Source: a virus. From it: a stretch of 64,000 nucleotides of DNA. Location: IMG/VR virus record IMGVR_UViG_3300022926_000006, positions 18,084 through 82,083 of that record; one strand, written 5' to 3'. The notes under the pieces were generated by a model that saw nothing but the letters and a program-made list of their open reading frames with translations, searched no databases and was not told the DNA's origin. Positions 21,713 to 30,942 of this stretch are shown piece by piece. The translations under genes and the position numbers were made by a program. Position 1 is the first letter of the stretch, and each line of letters begins with the position of its first letter.

Positions 21713-22003
21713 TTATCCACCAGCAAATACATTAGATGATCCGGCGGCGACTGATGTACAACCACTCACACCATCACCTACTCTACCTGCACCTTTTCCA
21801 TTTACTTTAACAGTAGATGAACCAGATGCTATTGGTGCCGCGTGTGAGGGACATGGCGCACCAGGAAGTAAATGTCCTGTGTTTACATCTCCTTGGCGAG
21901 ACCACGGAATGTTATTCACAAACACATTAGGACTACCTACCGCTCTTGTCATACCTGAACAATGTGGTACGTCTGCATCACCTATTCTAGTTGCCGCTGG
22001 CAT
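21713..22003 (-). CDS. PAAR spike-tip protein (gp5.4-like)
   Basis: 96 aa; PAATRIGD, GS..V.VNG..AGRVGD, His/Cys ligands. Confidence 0.9.
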   Translation of the reverse strand: MPAATRIGDADVPHCSGMTRAVGSPNVFVNNIPWSRQGDVNTGHLLPGAPCPSHAAPIASGSSTVKVNGKGAGRVGDGVSGCTSVAAGSSNVFAGG

Positions 22004-22196
22004 TTCGTTCTCTCCCCATCAACTCTCTGAGTTTACTATTGTACTGTGCAATAATATGATGTTGTTCGTCTGTGTGAGGTTCTGGTGGATACTCAGGTTC
22101 AAATCTAATTAGATTATCAAAACCGAGCGGAATATCTTCATACTTATTATATGTGTGTACTACTCCATTAATAAGAACGCAAAATATTCCTGTCAT
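21987..22196 (-). CDS. Conserved small protein adjacent to PAAR
   Basis: 69 aa; DIP..FD.LI.F.PE.P..PH motif; overlaps PAAR start. Confidence 0.6.
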   Translation of the reverse strand: MTGIFCVLINGVVHTYNKYEDIPLGFDNLIRFEPEYPPEPHTDEQHHIIAQYNSKLRELMGRERNASGN

Positions 22197-22349
22197 CTAT
22201 CTACCTTGTCCTCTGTATTTCTTAAAACTGCGCTTTTTATCTTTCTTCATAGAAGCAAATTTAACCATAGACATTCTACCACTTGTTGATGTTTTCTTTG
22301 GATTACTTTCGTGAACATATGTTCCAATGCTTGTTTTTACTTTTGCCAT
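22197..22349 (-). CDS. Small basic protein (50 aa, ends KKYRGQGR), missing from ORF track
   Basis: Translated by hand: MAKVKTSIGTYVHESNPKKTSTSGRMSMVKFASMKKDKKRSFKKYRGQGR; GGAGA RBS upstream; fills the gap exactly. Confidence 0.75.
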   Translation of the reverse strand: MAKVKTSIGTYVHESNPKKTSTSGRMSMVKFASMKKDKKRSFKKYRGQGR

Positions 22350-22364
22350 TTTATCTCTCCAGTA

Positions 22365-23327
22365 TTAGTTCAAGTCAATTCTAGGTGCATCTGCATCAAT
22401 GTTTGCACCAGCGTTTAAGTCCATTGTTTGACCACAGGTTTGTGTAATATTAGTTTTCGCTTCTACTTTAAAGTTTACGCATTTAATCTGTACATCTTTT
22501 TCAGACTGCATATCAATATTATCTTTTGCATATACAGTTGTCTTACCTTGTGTGAATATATTAACTGCACCTTTTGCTTCAATGTTAAAGTCTTCATCTA
22601 CTAATACTTCAGCATTCTTATATGAATGTATCTGAATAGTTCCATCGGGATGCAATTCAATGAATGTATCTTTACGATGAAATAATAAAATTCTCTCATT
22701 ATCAGGAGTATCATCAAATTCTAAAGCATGTCCACTCTCAGTTTGATAAACTTTATTATATGGATATCGTGCATTGAAAGGAACCGCAGAAGGAGTCCAT
22801 GTGTCAGTACTCCAAGCAATGTTCTTCTTTCCTATAGAAGGTTTACCGTTAGGTCCTTCTCCATCTACGCGATGCCCTTTATTAACACCATCATTTCTTG
22901 CTGTATAAAGTTTTGACTTTTTATCACCTCTCGACAATCGAGAAGTATCCGCCTCATTAATTTCGGTAGGATTTGTTCCGCTTGGATCACAGAATCCCAA
23001 ATCTGTATTGGGACGTTCTGTTGGGTGTCCATGAAAAGACCCCATAACAACTGGTTCTTGACATCCTTCACCATCTCTAAAGAACCCCACCACCCACGAA
23101 CCTTTAAGTAGTCCTGATGGGGAGTGACCAACCTGTGATATTGATGCGGATGTTGTTGGCATCATAACCATCGCCCATGGTAAATCTTCAATAGGAAGTG
23201 TTTCTTTATCTTCTGTGTGAATACCCAAGCAACGAACACGAACTCGCCCAATCTGCTCAGGATCATTATGGTCTTCAACTACACCCATGAACCAGATAAA
23301 ACCGTCCATGCCCATGAAATTTTTCAT
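22365..23327 (-). CDS. gp5: Baseplate hub/spike gp5, without lysozyme domain
   Basis: 320 aa; WFMGVVED..DP...GRVRVRC.G.H OB-fold, YPYNKV..TESGH..EFDDTP, short beta-helix. Confidence 0.9.
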   Translation of the reverse strand: MKNFMGMDGFIWFMGVVEDHNDPEQIGRVRVRCLGIHTEDKETLPIEDLPWAMVMMPTTSASISQVGHSPSGLLKGSWVVGFFRDGEGCQEPVVMGSFHGHPTERPNTDLGFCDPSGTNPTEINEADTSRLSRGDKKSKLYTARNDGVNKGHRVDGEGPNGKPSIGKKNIAWSTDTWTPSAVPFNARYPYNKVYQTESGHALEFDDTPDNERILLFHRKDTFIELHPDGTIQIHSYKNAEVLVDEDFNIEAKGAVNIFTQGKTTVYAKDNIDMQSEKDVQIKCVNFKVEAKTNITQTCGQTMDLNAGANIDADAPRIDLN

Positions 23328-23337
23328 AATCTACCTC

Positions 23338-24060
23338 TTAATTCTGTTTGAGAATAATGTCGAATGCCGCTGTTACTCTTGCGTTGTTAGAACGAACTGA
23401 TGCACGAACATCAATGTCTGATTTCTCTGGTATTACAACTGGAACCGCAAACTCATATGAGTAAGGACCACCAACACCACCAACTTCAAATGTGTGTCCA
23501 ATACGAAATGCATCTTGTCCAAAATAACGAACAAACATATTACCTGTCGCATCAGCATTTGCTTGACAAGTCATTGTTCCTTTAGTAAGATATGCAGTAT
23601 ATCCTGCGGGAACTGTGTAGACTGCCATCAGAGTTTGACCTTTAGTAGCAGTAATTCTTGCTACTACTGTTGTCGATACTTTAATATCGATGTTTCCTAC
23701 ATTGTCAGCACCAGTTGAAACGAATGCTCTAAAAACTCTTAAAAAAGTTGTTCCGCCAGTTGTAGTATTACCAGTTGCGTTTGTGAGTGTGCAAGTATCT
23801 GTAACTTCTTCGTAGTTCTCATCAAGTCCAAGAATAGTGATGACTTTATTCGCATCACTTGCACTTGCTCTATCTACTGTAACTGTTGATGCTGAAGACC
23901 ATGCTGTCCAAGGATATGCTGTGTCGCTCACATCCCATACAGAACCAGATGTGTTTACTGCCATTGAAGGAACAGCACCAAACTTGTGAATAGAACTTAC
24001 ACCTTTGTAGAGTCCTCTGGCGATGTTAATTTTTTCATCGTTAAATAAATAGTTTCCCAT
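23338..24060 (-). CDS. Hypothetical (probable virion) protein
   Basis: 240 aa; KFG...GQTLMAVYTVPAG...PEKSDI motif; late promoter 24086-24093 upstream. Confidence 0.55.
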   Translation of the reverse strand: MGNYLFNDEKINIARGLYKGVSSIHKFGAVPSMAVNTSGSVWDVSDTAYPWTAWSSASTVTVDRASASDANKVITILGLDENYEEVTDTCTLTNATGNTTTGGTTFLRVFRAFVSTGADNVGNIDIKVSTTVVARITATKGQTLMAVYTVPAGYTAYLTKGTMTCQANADATGNMFVRYFGQDAFRIGHTFEVGGVGGPYSYEFAVPVVIPEKSDIDVRASVRSNNARVTAAFDIILKQN

Positions 24061-24088
24061 AGGTGTAATTTTCTCCCTTTAGTCTTAT

Positions 24089-24475
24089 TTATACAGAAAG
24101 CGTTTGGTTACTTGTCGCAAAACCTTTTTTCCGCATAACAGTTTTTGCAACTAATTCGAACTCTTGTGAGTTTTTATCCCACTTGAGAACAAATGGCATA
24201 TTAATATCTGTCTGCATATCTTTGATTACCGCTTCAGCATCAGGACCCAACTGTGGAATTTTTTTACCATGCTTGTTATAAGTCTGCTTAAAAAGTCTCG
24301 TAAGTTCTGCAGTAGTAATCTGTTTCTTGTTACGTTCATCATTAACCCTATCTAAAAAATGTCGAGTGAACTCAACGTCAATTTTAACTTTTGCAAATAA
24401 TCTATCTGCAAACTTTTCGATACCATCTAAATCTCTTTGTGATATCTCTTCTCGTAATTCTGAAAATTTACGCAT
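24089..24475 (-). CDS. Conserved hypothetical protein, possible head-internal protein
   Basis: Likely start MRKFSELREE; IDVEFTRHFLDRVNDERN...KTVMRK motif. Confidence 0.55.
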   Translation of the reverse strand: MRKFSELREEISQRDLDGIEKFADRLFAKVKIDVEFTRHFLDRVNDERNKKQITTAELTRLFKQTYNKHGKKIPQLGPDAEAVIKDMQTDINMPFVLKWDKNSQEFELVAKTVMRKKGFATSNQTLSV

Positions 24476-25883
24476 TAAATCCATCCTTTATAATTACAGT
24501 ATCGCACTTATATGATGCTGTTGAGTTACCAACAGGTTTAAAAATATGAATAGCATCTCTAACTAAATACATACCACTATACTTCGGTTGATAAACTTTA
24601 CTTGGTGTATCAACTTTTTTTACTGATGGAAAATTAAAGTATGCTAATCTACCCACTGTTATAACTGGATGTCCAGGAACTTGAAAAGAACTAAGGACCT
24701 CATCTTGCAATTGTTTTGCAATAACAGTTCTTCCTAAAAGATAATCATTTGCAAATAAATCTCTGTATCCAACTTCATCTTTCTTTTCAGCATGTATTCT
24801 ACTCGATTTAGGACTCATATAAACTTTAACATCAGGATTAATCTCTGATCCCCAATCTACATATTTTGAATTAGGGGATAATCTTTTCATTTTTGATGCA
24901 AACTTCTTTGATGATTTATCATATGAATTAAAATAGTTATATGTCTGAACTTGATAAGATTTATGAAAAGTATCATGTATGATGTGTTTGGATGATAAAT
25001 TTCCGTTTTGAATATCGGAAAGATAATTAGACTTCTCATCAATTCTAAAGTCATCAACATTCTGTGCGCTTTCAGATGCAACCATTCCACTTAGAGGTTT
25101 ACCATCTGCACCATATGTAGGAACACCAGGAACTTTATATAAATATCCATTCTTTATTGCGCCATTCTTTCTATCTACCGGAATTTCTTCCATCAAATCT
25201 GTTATAACCACATTTTTTGTATCGCTGAATAATGTTGATGTTGATAAAAATTTAAATCCATGCATAGATTGAAAGAAAAAGAATCCGGGCATGTCTGTAT
25301 CAGGATCAATTGCTTTTCCAGTTACCCATTGAATTGCTTTTGCTGGTCTCCATCTTGGAGAAACAAATTTTAAAGACCCTATAGACATATCAAAAAATAT
25401 ACCCTCTTTTGTATCACTAGAAAAGATGTAATTTTTAAATATATCGCGAACAATATCATGCGGCGCGCCAGTAAATGCTTGACTTATACTTGTATGAATG
25501 TTGTTATAACCTTCTTCGGTAATAAGACTTAAAGTAAAATATTGTTTTCTTTCTTGAATTATGGGTCCTTGAATATTAGCAACTCTAAACCACTTTGATA
25601 TCTTTGTATCTTCAACTCCACCTGATACATTGTAAACGATATTGACAATTTCACCACCTAGAATTGGATAGTCAGCAATCATATCATTGCTGTCTGTGAT
25701 ACTTAGTTCTGCAGTCTGAAATGGAGACTTGATACTTTCATAGATATTGAGAGCAGTATATACTGAGAGTAAATCCATAAACTGGTCAGAACTCTTCGCA
25801 GTTTTGATGTTCTTAACTCTATTGTGATATAGTTTCATGGAGGAAAATAGTACTTCTCCACCACCTTTTACAGGCGCCGCCAT
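24468..25883 (-). CDS. Baseplate hub/tail protein (gp27-like position)
   Basis: 471 aa; NIYESI.SP, PILGGE, FFFFQS..GF.F, C-terminal YSG.YLV....H. Confidence 0.6.
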   Translation of the reverse strand: MAAPVKGGGEVLFSSMKLYHNRVKNIKTAKSSDQFMDLLSVYTALNIYESIKSPFQTAELSITDSNDMIADYPILGGEIVNIVYNVSGGVEDTKISKWFRVANIQGPIIQERKQYFTLSLITEEGYNNIHTSISQAFTGAPHDIVRDIFKNYIFSSDTKEGIFFDMSIGSLKFVSPRWRPAKAIQWVTGKAIDPDTDMPGFFFFQSMHGFKFLSTSTLFSDTKNVVITDLMEEIPVDRKNGAIKNGYLYKVPGVPTYGADGKPLSGMVASESAQNVDDFRIDEKSNYLSDIQNGNLSSKHIIHDTFHKSYQVQTYNYFNSYDKSSKKFASKMKRLSPNSKYVDWGSEINPDVKVYMSPKSSRIHAEKKDEVGYRDLFANDYLLGRTVIAKQLQDEVLSSFQVPGHPVITVGRLAYFNFPSVKKVDTPSKVYQPKYSGMYLVRDAIHIFKPVGNSTASYKCDTVIIKDGFNA

Positions 25884-25884
25884 G

Positions 25885-26703
25885 CTAGTCTCCTATCAAA
25901 TTAGTAAATTCTTCAATGAATTCTTGTACAAGAGTAGGTCGCAGAATTCGTATTCTTCTTTTCTTTTCGTTCTCTTGTTGTTCATAAACTGTGTTAGTAA
26001 TGGCAACTGAACTGAATTGTTGTACAACTCCAATTCCTGTGGTTTGTGTGTAGAATTGACTAGTGGTTCTTACCATCTTTGTTGGGTCACCTGAAGACTG
26101 TGGTCTTTCATAATGATGAATTCCATTAGGACCTGAATTAATAGTCCAGAGTTTATATGTATTACCATCATATGAAGATTGTGCATGACCTTGTCCATAG
26201 TTACCTGGCATATAAAATGTCTGATTAGGAAACTCAGCAAACGTATGAGTGTGTGCAATGCCTTCTCCATTTTGTTTATATCTGTTATAACTTTTCGCAT
26301 CCGCTTCGTTTAAAAATATAGGATACCAATAACCTTCACCAAGATGCATACCAGAAGTGCCTGTTCCATATAACGCATAAGGACCACTACCACCATACTT
26401 CTTAGCAATCATTTTTCGCAATTCATTTTCTGTGCGCGGCCAATCTTCTAACACATCATGTATCTCATTAGTCAATAAAATTATCCATGCAAGTTCGGAA
26501 TCATTAAAGAATTGATGTGCTAATATATCTGGTCGCTCACCCTCTTGAATGTCATACTCATCATATGAGAAAACATTTGTCGATAAGTTTTCTTTAAGTT
26601 TTACTCTTCGAATAATATCTTTTGCTATGAATAAATTATCAACCGTTGAATTTGGTTTTGTTAAATCATAAATTATTTCTGGATATTTTGAAAAATATGA
26701 CAT
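25885..26703 (-). CDS. gp53: Baseplate wedge gp53 (LysM-like) with an internal insertion
   Basis: 272 aa; YFSKYP, GERPDILA..F......WIILL.N, WP, ENEKKRRIRIL. Confidence 0.85.
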   Translation of the reverse strand: MSYFSKYPEIIYDLTKPNSTVDNLFIAKDIIRRVKLKENLSTNVFSYDEYDIQEGERPDILAHQFFNDSELAWIILLTNEIHDVLEDWPRTENELRKMIAKKYGGSGPYALYGTGTSGMHLGEGYWYPIFLNEADAKSYNRYKQNGEGIAHTHTFAEFPNQTFYMPGNYGQGHAQSSYDGNTYKLWTINSGPNGIHHYERPQSSGDPTKMVRTTSQFYTQTTGIGVVQQFSSVAITNTVYEQQENEKKRRIRILRPTLVQEFIEEFTNLIGD

Positions 26704-27812
26704 TAATAACCCTCTGCAATTCTTTGTTTATGTAAAGGTTCAATTTCTTTGAACGCCATTGTAATTTGTATCTCAGTAGGTTGTCCATCGCGGTTTGTCG
26801 AAAAGACACCAGAAGATGTATAGTTAGTTGTAAAGTCTGTCAGAACACAAGTAGATATCTTATGCATGTATGGGTTGTCATTTTCTTTGAACATAACACT
26901 AATATCGAATAAAGACGGATATTGAAAATATAATCCACTCTCAATTAATTCTGGATGCATGTGAAATCTAAATGTTTTAATAATATTATCAATTGCCTGC
27001 GCTTCTGCTTGAGACCTTGCCGCAAATTCATACACAAACTGAAATGTTCTAAAGTTCATGCTATCAAATCTTTGTTCAACGTGAGGATTTGAAACTCTTC
27101 TTGTAGATACTTCTAATATGTTTTGTAAGTTCATACCAAATGCATCAGGTAACTTAGCGGCAGTTTCTAATGCAAGTCTTGCGACTTCACCACCAACTTG
27201 TGTTAAATCTCCAGCAGATGATGCTTGTGCTTTCTCTTTAATTCCACTGATACCACCTTCCATCAATCTTGCTATACCACCACCCATTGCGCCAATCTTA
27301 GCATCTGCCCATTGTGCGCTAGATGTAGAAACAAAAGTGTTAGGAACAGCAAGAGCAATAGAACTATTTAACTTCTTCATGTTTCTTGCGCCAGCAAACA
27401 CTGCGCCTGTAAAATTACTTGTGGATTCAACAACAGCACCAGCAACTTTTCCAGCGGTACCACCACCTAATAGTCCAACACCCTTATTCAAAGCACCCTT
27501 AATATCATTCCCTGTATTTGTCAAACCATTTCTAATTTTCTGAGAAGCAATTGCAGTATGACCTTGAAATGCTCTAGGTTCACCTTCGGTTGTTTGTTTT
27601 TTCATTGCGAATGATGTGGTATCATCAATGTATATATCAAAGATAACGTGATTGTCCAACTCCGCAGGTGCGTCAATACCCATATCAATAGGATAAGTCA
27701 GTCCACGGGTTCCGTAAGTTCTACCTGTTTTGCGTGGTTCTTGTCTGCTAGACACTAAACCGTGTCCACCTACTATATCCCCCACTAGTTTTGAAAGTGT
27801 ATTTAGTGCCAT
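26703..27812 (-). CDS. gp48: Baseplate tail-tube cap gp48
   Basis: 369 aa; NP..E..F....FRTFQF...F, IIKTFR.HMHP, C.LT....NY. Confidence 0.85.
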   Translation of the reverse strand: MALNTLSKLVGDIVGGHGLVSSRQEPRKTGRTYGTRGLTYPIDMGIDAPAELDNHVIFDIYIDDTTSFAMKKQTTEGEPRAFQGHTAIASQKIRNGLTNTGNDIKGALNKGVGLLGGGTAGKVAGAVVESTSNFTGAVFAGARNMKKLNSSIALAVPNTFVSTSSAQWADAKIGAMGGGIARLMEGGISGIKEKAQASSAGDLTQVGGEVARLALETAAKLPDAFGMNLQNILEVSTRRVSNPHVEQRFDSMNFRTFQFVYEFAARSQAEAQAIDNIIKTFRFHMHPELIESGLYFQYPSLFDISVMFKENDNPYMHKISTCVLTDFTTNYTSSGVFSTNRDGQPTEIQITMAFKEIEPLHKQRIAEGY

Positions 27813-27822
27813 TGCGTCCCTC

Positions 27823-27851
27823 TATAAATAGTTATTGCAGTATTATTTATA
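27823..27851. promoter_or_regulatory. Pair of opposing late promoters (TATAAATA on + at 27823-27830; on - at 27844-27851)
   Basis: Both consensus boxes lie in the 51-nt gap between divergent gp48 and gp4. Confidence 0.75.
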
Positions 27852-27863
27852 TGAGTTATACAG

Positions 27864-28298
27864 ATGGCATACAAAGGAAGATATTCTCCACTAAATCCTA
27901 AGAAATATCAAGGTAATCCAACCAATATTATTTATCGTTCTCTTTGGGAAAGAAAATTTATGGTATGGTGTGATATGAACAGTGATGTTATAAAATGGGG
28001 AAGTGAAGAAACTGTTATACCTTACATATCTCCTTTAGATAATAAAAGACACAGATACTTTGTTGACTTCTATATACAGGTTCGAACTAAAGAGGGCATA
28101 CTCAAATCATATCTTGTAGAAGTTAAACCTAAAAAGTATACAAAACCACCAGAAAAATCCCCAACTAGAAAATCTAAATCGTGGTTCGGTGAAGTTAAGG
28201 CATGGGGTATAAACTCTGCAAAATGGAAAGCGGCATCTGAGTATGCTAAAGATAGACACTGGGAATTTATAATTCTTACAGAGGACCATTTAAAGTAG
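27864..28298 (+). CDS. gp4: Head completion nuclease gp4
   Basis: 144 aa; P.NP.KY.G....I.YRSLWE, HRYFVDF, LVEVKP, KWKAA. Confidence 0.92.
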   Translation: MAYKGRYSPLNPKKYQGNPTNIIYRSLWERKFMVWCDMNSDVIKWGSEETVIPYISPLDNKRHRYFVDFYIQVRTKEGILKSYLVEVKPKKYTKPPEKSPTRKSKSWFGEVKAWGINSAKWKAASEYAKDRHWEFIILTEDHLK

Positions 28299-28311
28299 CA
28301 TAAATACTATT

Positions 28312-28902
28312 ATGGCAGAAGAAACTAGAATATTAGAACAAATTCGAAACGCACGTGGAGATGCATCGAAATCCTTTACATGGTATCAACAACAAGTTAG
28401 AGACTTGGTTGGTACTCAGTATCCTGGACCTAGATTTCAACGTGAATATGCAGAAAACATGACTAATCGCATGTTACCTGGAAGAATGTATTTAATCAAC
28501 TATTCAAATCCAGCAGGTAGAGATACTTTACCATACTACGATATGTTTCCACTAATATTACCATTCAACATTGAGAGTAATTTAGTGACAGCATTGAATT
28601 TTCATTATTTACATCCAGTACAAAGATTAATTCTTTTAGAAAAACTAATGCCATTTAAAATTGGCGATACAGATATAGCAACGAGAATCCGAGCAAACTG
28701 GAATGTTCTAAGTAATTTTGCTAGATTTAGAGAAGTTAGACCGGCAGTTAAAAGATATAGAAGAGGATTAATTAAAGGGAGACTTCTTTTCATTCAACCA
28801 GATGATTGGGTAACTGCCGCAGTATTACCAACCGAACAATTTAAAAAGGCATCTAAGCAAAAGGTTTACTTAGACAGCAATAGAAAAATGAGGCAACGAT
28901 AA
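28312..28902 (+). CDS. gp2: DNA end protector gp2
   Basis: 196 aa; LPYYD.FPL, LNFHYL.P..R, VKRY. Confidence 0.9.
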   Translation: MAEETRILEQIRNARGDASKSFTWYQQQVRDLVGTQYPGPRFQREYAENMTNRMLPGRMYLINYSNPAGRDTLPYYDMFPLILPFNIESNLVTALNFHYLHPVQRLILLEKLMPFKIGDTDIATRIRANWNVLSNFARFREVRPAVKRYRRGLIKGRLLFIQPDDWVTAAVLPTEQFKKASKQKVYLDSNRKMRQR

Positions 28903-29693
28903 TGTCATTAACAGAATTCATAGCGAATGCTAAAATTAGAAATTTCGCAAGAGCAAATAAATATCTTGTCATTATTGACATGCCCAGAGGACCATCAGCA
29001 AACAATTATGGTAGACCTGATCCATTTGGGTCTCTGTTTAGAACTGGAGGTAGAGGTGCAAACGATGCGTTTGGTGGTTTAATAAACAACTTTGTTAAGG
29101 CAGACGGTCAGTATCTAGCATCTTTGTTTTGTGAATCCACGGCACTACCAGGATTGAATATCGATAGTAAGATAAACAAGCAGTATGGTCCAGGGAGAGA
29201 AATTCCTTACGGTCGCAGTTATGCTCCTGTTAATATGTCTTTCTATATGGATGCTGGTTATCAGATTAAAGATTTCTTTGAAATTTGGCAAGGAATGATT
29301 TTTAATGAGGACTCATCTCATTTAAATTATTATAATGAATATGTGACGAATGTACACATTCTAGGATTAGATATGCGCGAAGGACGTTTTGGCACTTTTG
29401 GAGTTCTTCCTGATATAGGAACATTACAAAATAGTATCATCGTATCTAGATATCAGTGTACACTACAAGAATGTTACCCAAAAAGTGTAGCGGAAATTCA
29501 AATGTCCGCTGGTAGCGGTGAAGTACCTAGACTTCAAGTTCAGTTTCAATATAGAAAATGGACAAACACAAGCACACTGATGGGAGTTGGCAATGTAACA
29601 TCAACAACACCGGAATCGGATATTGTTAAGTACAATCCTGCAACAGGAACACTAGCACCAGCACCAGCACCATCATATCCACCAGGACCATAA
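28902..29693 (+). CDS. Baseplate tail-tube initiator (gp54/gp19-like)
   Basis: 263 aa; ARAN.Y.V, CES..LPG, F..WQ..I, YY..YV, YPK.V, V.F.YR.W. Confidence 0.75.
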   Translation: MSLTEFIANAKIRNFARANKYLVIIDMPRGPSANNYGRPDPFGSLFRTGGRGANDAFGGLINNFVKADGQYLASLFCESTALPGLNIDSKINKQYGPGREIPYGRSYAPVNMSFYMDAGYQIKDFFEIWQGMIFNEDSSHLNYYNEYVTNVHILGLDMREGRFGTFGVLPDIGTLQNSIIVSRYQCTLQECYPKSVAEIQMSAGSGEVPRLQVQFQYRKWTNTSTLMGVGNVTSTTPESDIVKYNPATGTLAPAPAPSYPPGP

Positions 29694-29719
29694 TAACCAT
29701 ATAATGAGGAGAAAATAAT

Positions 29720-30427
29720 ATGGCACTACCAATAATTGATACTCCAACCTATGATTTGAAATTAGTATCATCAGGCGAGACTATTAAATACAGACCATTT
29801 TTGGTCAAAGAGCAAAAGATTTTGTTAATGTCTGCAGAAGATGGAACACCAGATGCAGTTATGAATGGAATCACTCAAATCTTACAGAACTGTACGTTTG
29901 GTTCTGTTGATATATCTAAACTTCCTGTATTTGAAGTTGAAAACATTTTCTTACGTCTAAGAGAAAAGTCAGTAGGAGAGATTGCTGAATTTTCTGTGGC
30001 ATGTACTAGTGATGAATGTAAAGGAACTACCCAAACAAAAATTGACTTGAGACATTTAAAAATTGATGAAACAAAAATCAAGTCTAAGACTATTGAGTTA
30101 ACATCTAGTTTATATGTTAATATGAGATATCCAACTCTAGTTGACTTAGGGGTTTTAAAAGACCTGAACAGTCTTGATGATAACTTCAAGTTTCTTGCAA
30201 GTTGTATTGAAAGTATTGAATATAACGGAGAACTCATTGACATGAGTACAACATCAAGAAGTGAGTTACAAGAGTTTATTGAAAATTTAACACAACAACA
30301 ATTTGAACTCATTAAAGAATTCTTTGCAGATATGCCAAGAATGTCTGGAAAATTAGAGTATGAATGTTCTGCTTGTGGAACGCACTGTGAAAGAGAATTA
30401 AGTGGACTTCAAAATTTTTTAGCATAG
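29720..30427 (+). CDS. gp26: Baseplate hub assembly protein gp26
   Basis: 235 aa; MALP.I..P.Y, YRPFLVKEQK.LL, FL.LR.KSVGE, FF..MP, CxxC, GLQNF. Confidence 0.9.
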   Translation: MALPIIDTPTYDLKLVSSGETIKYRPFLVKEQKILLMSAEDGTPDAVMNGITQILQNCTFGSVDISKLPVFEVENIFLRLREKSVGEIAEFSVACTSDECKGTTQTKIDLRHLKIDETKIKSKTIELTSSLYVNMRYPTLVDLGVLKDLNSLDDNFKFLASCIESIEYNGELIDMSTTSRSELQEFIENLTQQQFELIKEFFADMPRMSGKLEYECSACGTHCERELSGLQNFLA

Positions 30428-30597
30428 TCCTCTCGCATGAAGATTTGTTTGGTTTATTAAAAACTAACTTTGCTCTTATGCAACATCATAAATACTCTTT
30501 AACAGAGTTAGAAAATATGATGCCATGGGAGAGGGAAATTTACGTCACTCTTCTAATGCAATACATTGAAGAGGAAAAAGAACGACAAAAGGGATAA
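30421..30597 (+). CDS. gp51: Baseplate hub assembly catalyst gp51 (no convincing own start; probably reached by -1 frameshift from gp26)
   Basis: -1 frame reads SIVLSHEDLFGLLKTNFALMQHHKYSLTELENMMPWEREIYVTLLMQYIEEEKERQKG*; gp51 motif NFALMQHHKYSL.E.ENM.PWER; first ATG falls inside the conserved motif. Confidence 0.85.
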   Translation, partial: SIVLSHEDLFGLLKTNFALMQHHKYSLTELENMMPWEREIYVTLLMQYIEEEKERQKG

Positions 30598-30600
30598 AAA

Positions 30601-30930
30601 ATGGGAGAAGATATTAAAGAAGCAGGTTTCCATCCAGCAGACACCAATGGTGATGGGGTAGTAACCACAGATGAGCAAAAAATGTATCTTGAGTTCAAAC
30701 GTAAAGAACTTGAAGATGCGGATGCGAGAAGAGATGCAATGAGATATATGACATGGTTCGCTTTGTTGGGTATATTCAACTATCCAGGGGCGATTTTGAT
30801 TACAGCAATGTTAGGTTATGATACAGCGGCGAATATTATCGGAGATATTGCTCCGACTTACTTCGTTGCCACTTCAGCAATTGTTGCCGCTTACTTTGGC
30901 GCGAATGCTTACGCAGACAAGAAGAAATAG
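30601..30930 (+). CDS. Membrane protein with EF-hand-like loop and 2 TM helices
   Basis: 109 aa; DTNGDGVVTTDE, then two hydrophobic segments and a basic KKK tail. Confidence 0.6.
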   Translation: MGEDIKEAGFHPADTNGDGVVTTDEQKMYLEFKRKELEDADARRDAMRYMTWFALLGIFNYPGAILITAMLGYDTAANIIGDIAPTYFVATSAIVAAYFGANAYADKKK

Positions 30931-30942
30931 GGAAACACTTAA

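Noticed and set aside
3324-22112. Numerous + strand ORFs of 60-184 aa within the structural region
   Set aside because: Antisense shadows of long - strand genes caused by codon bias; no RBS or recognisable motifs
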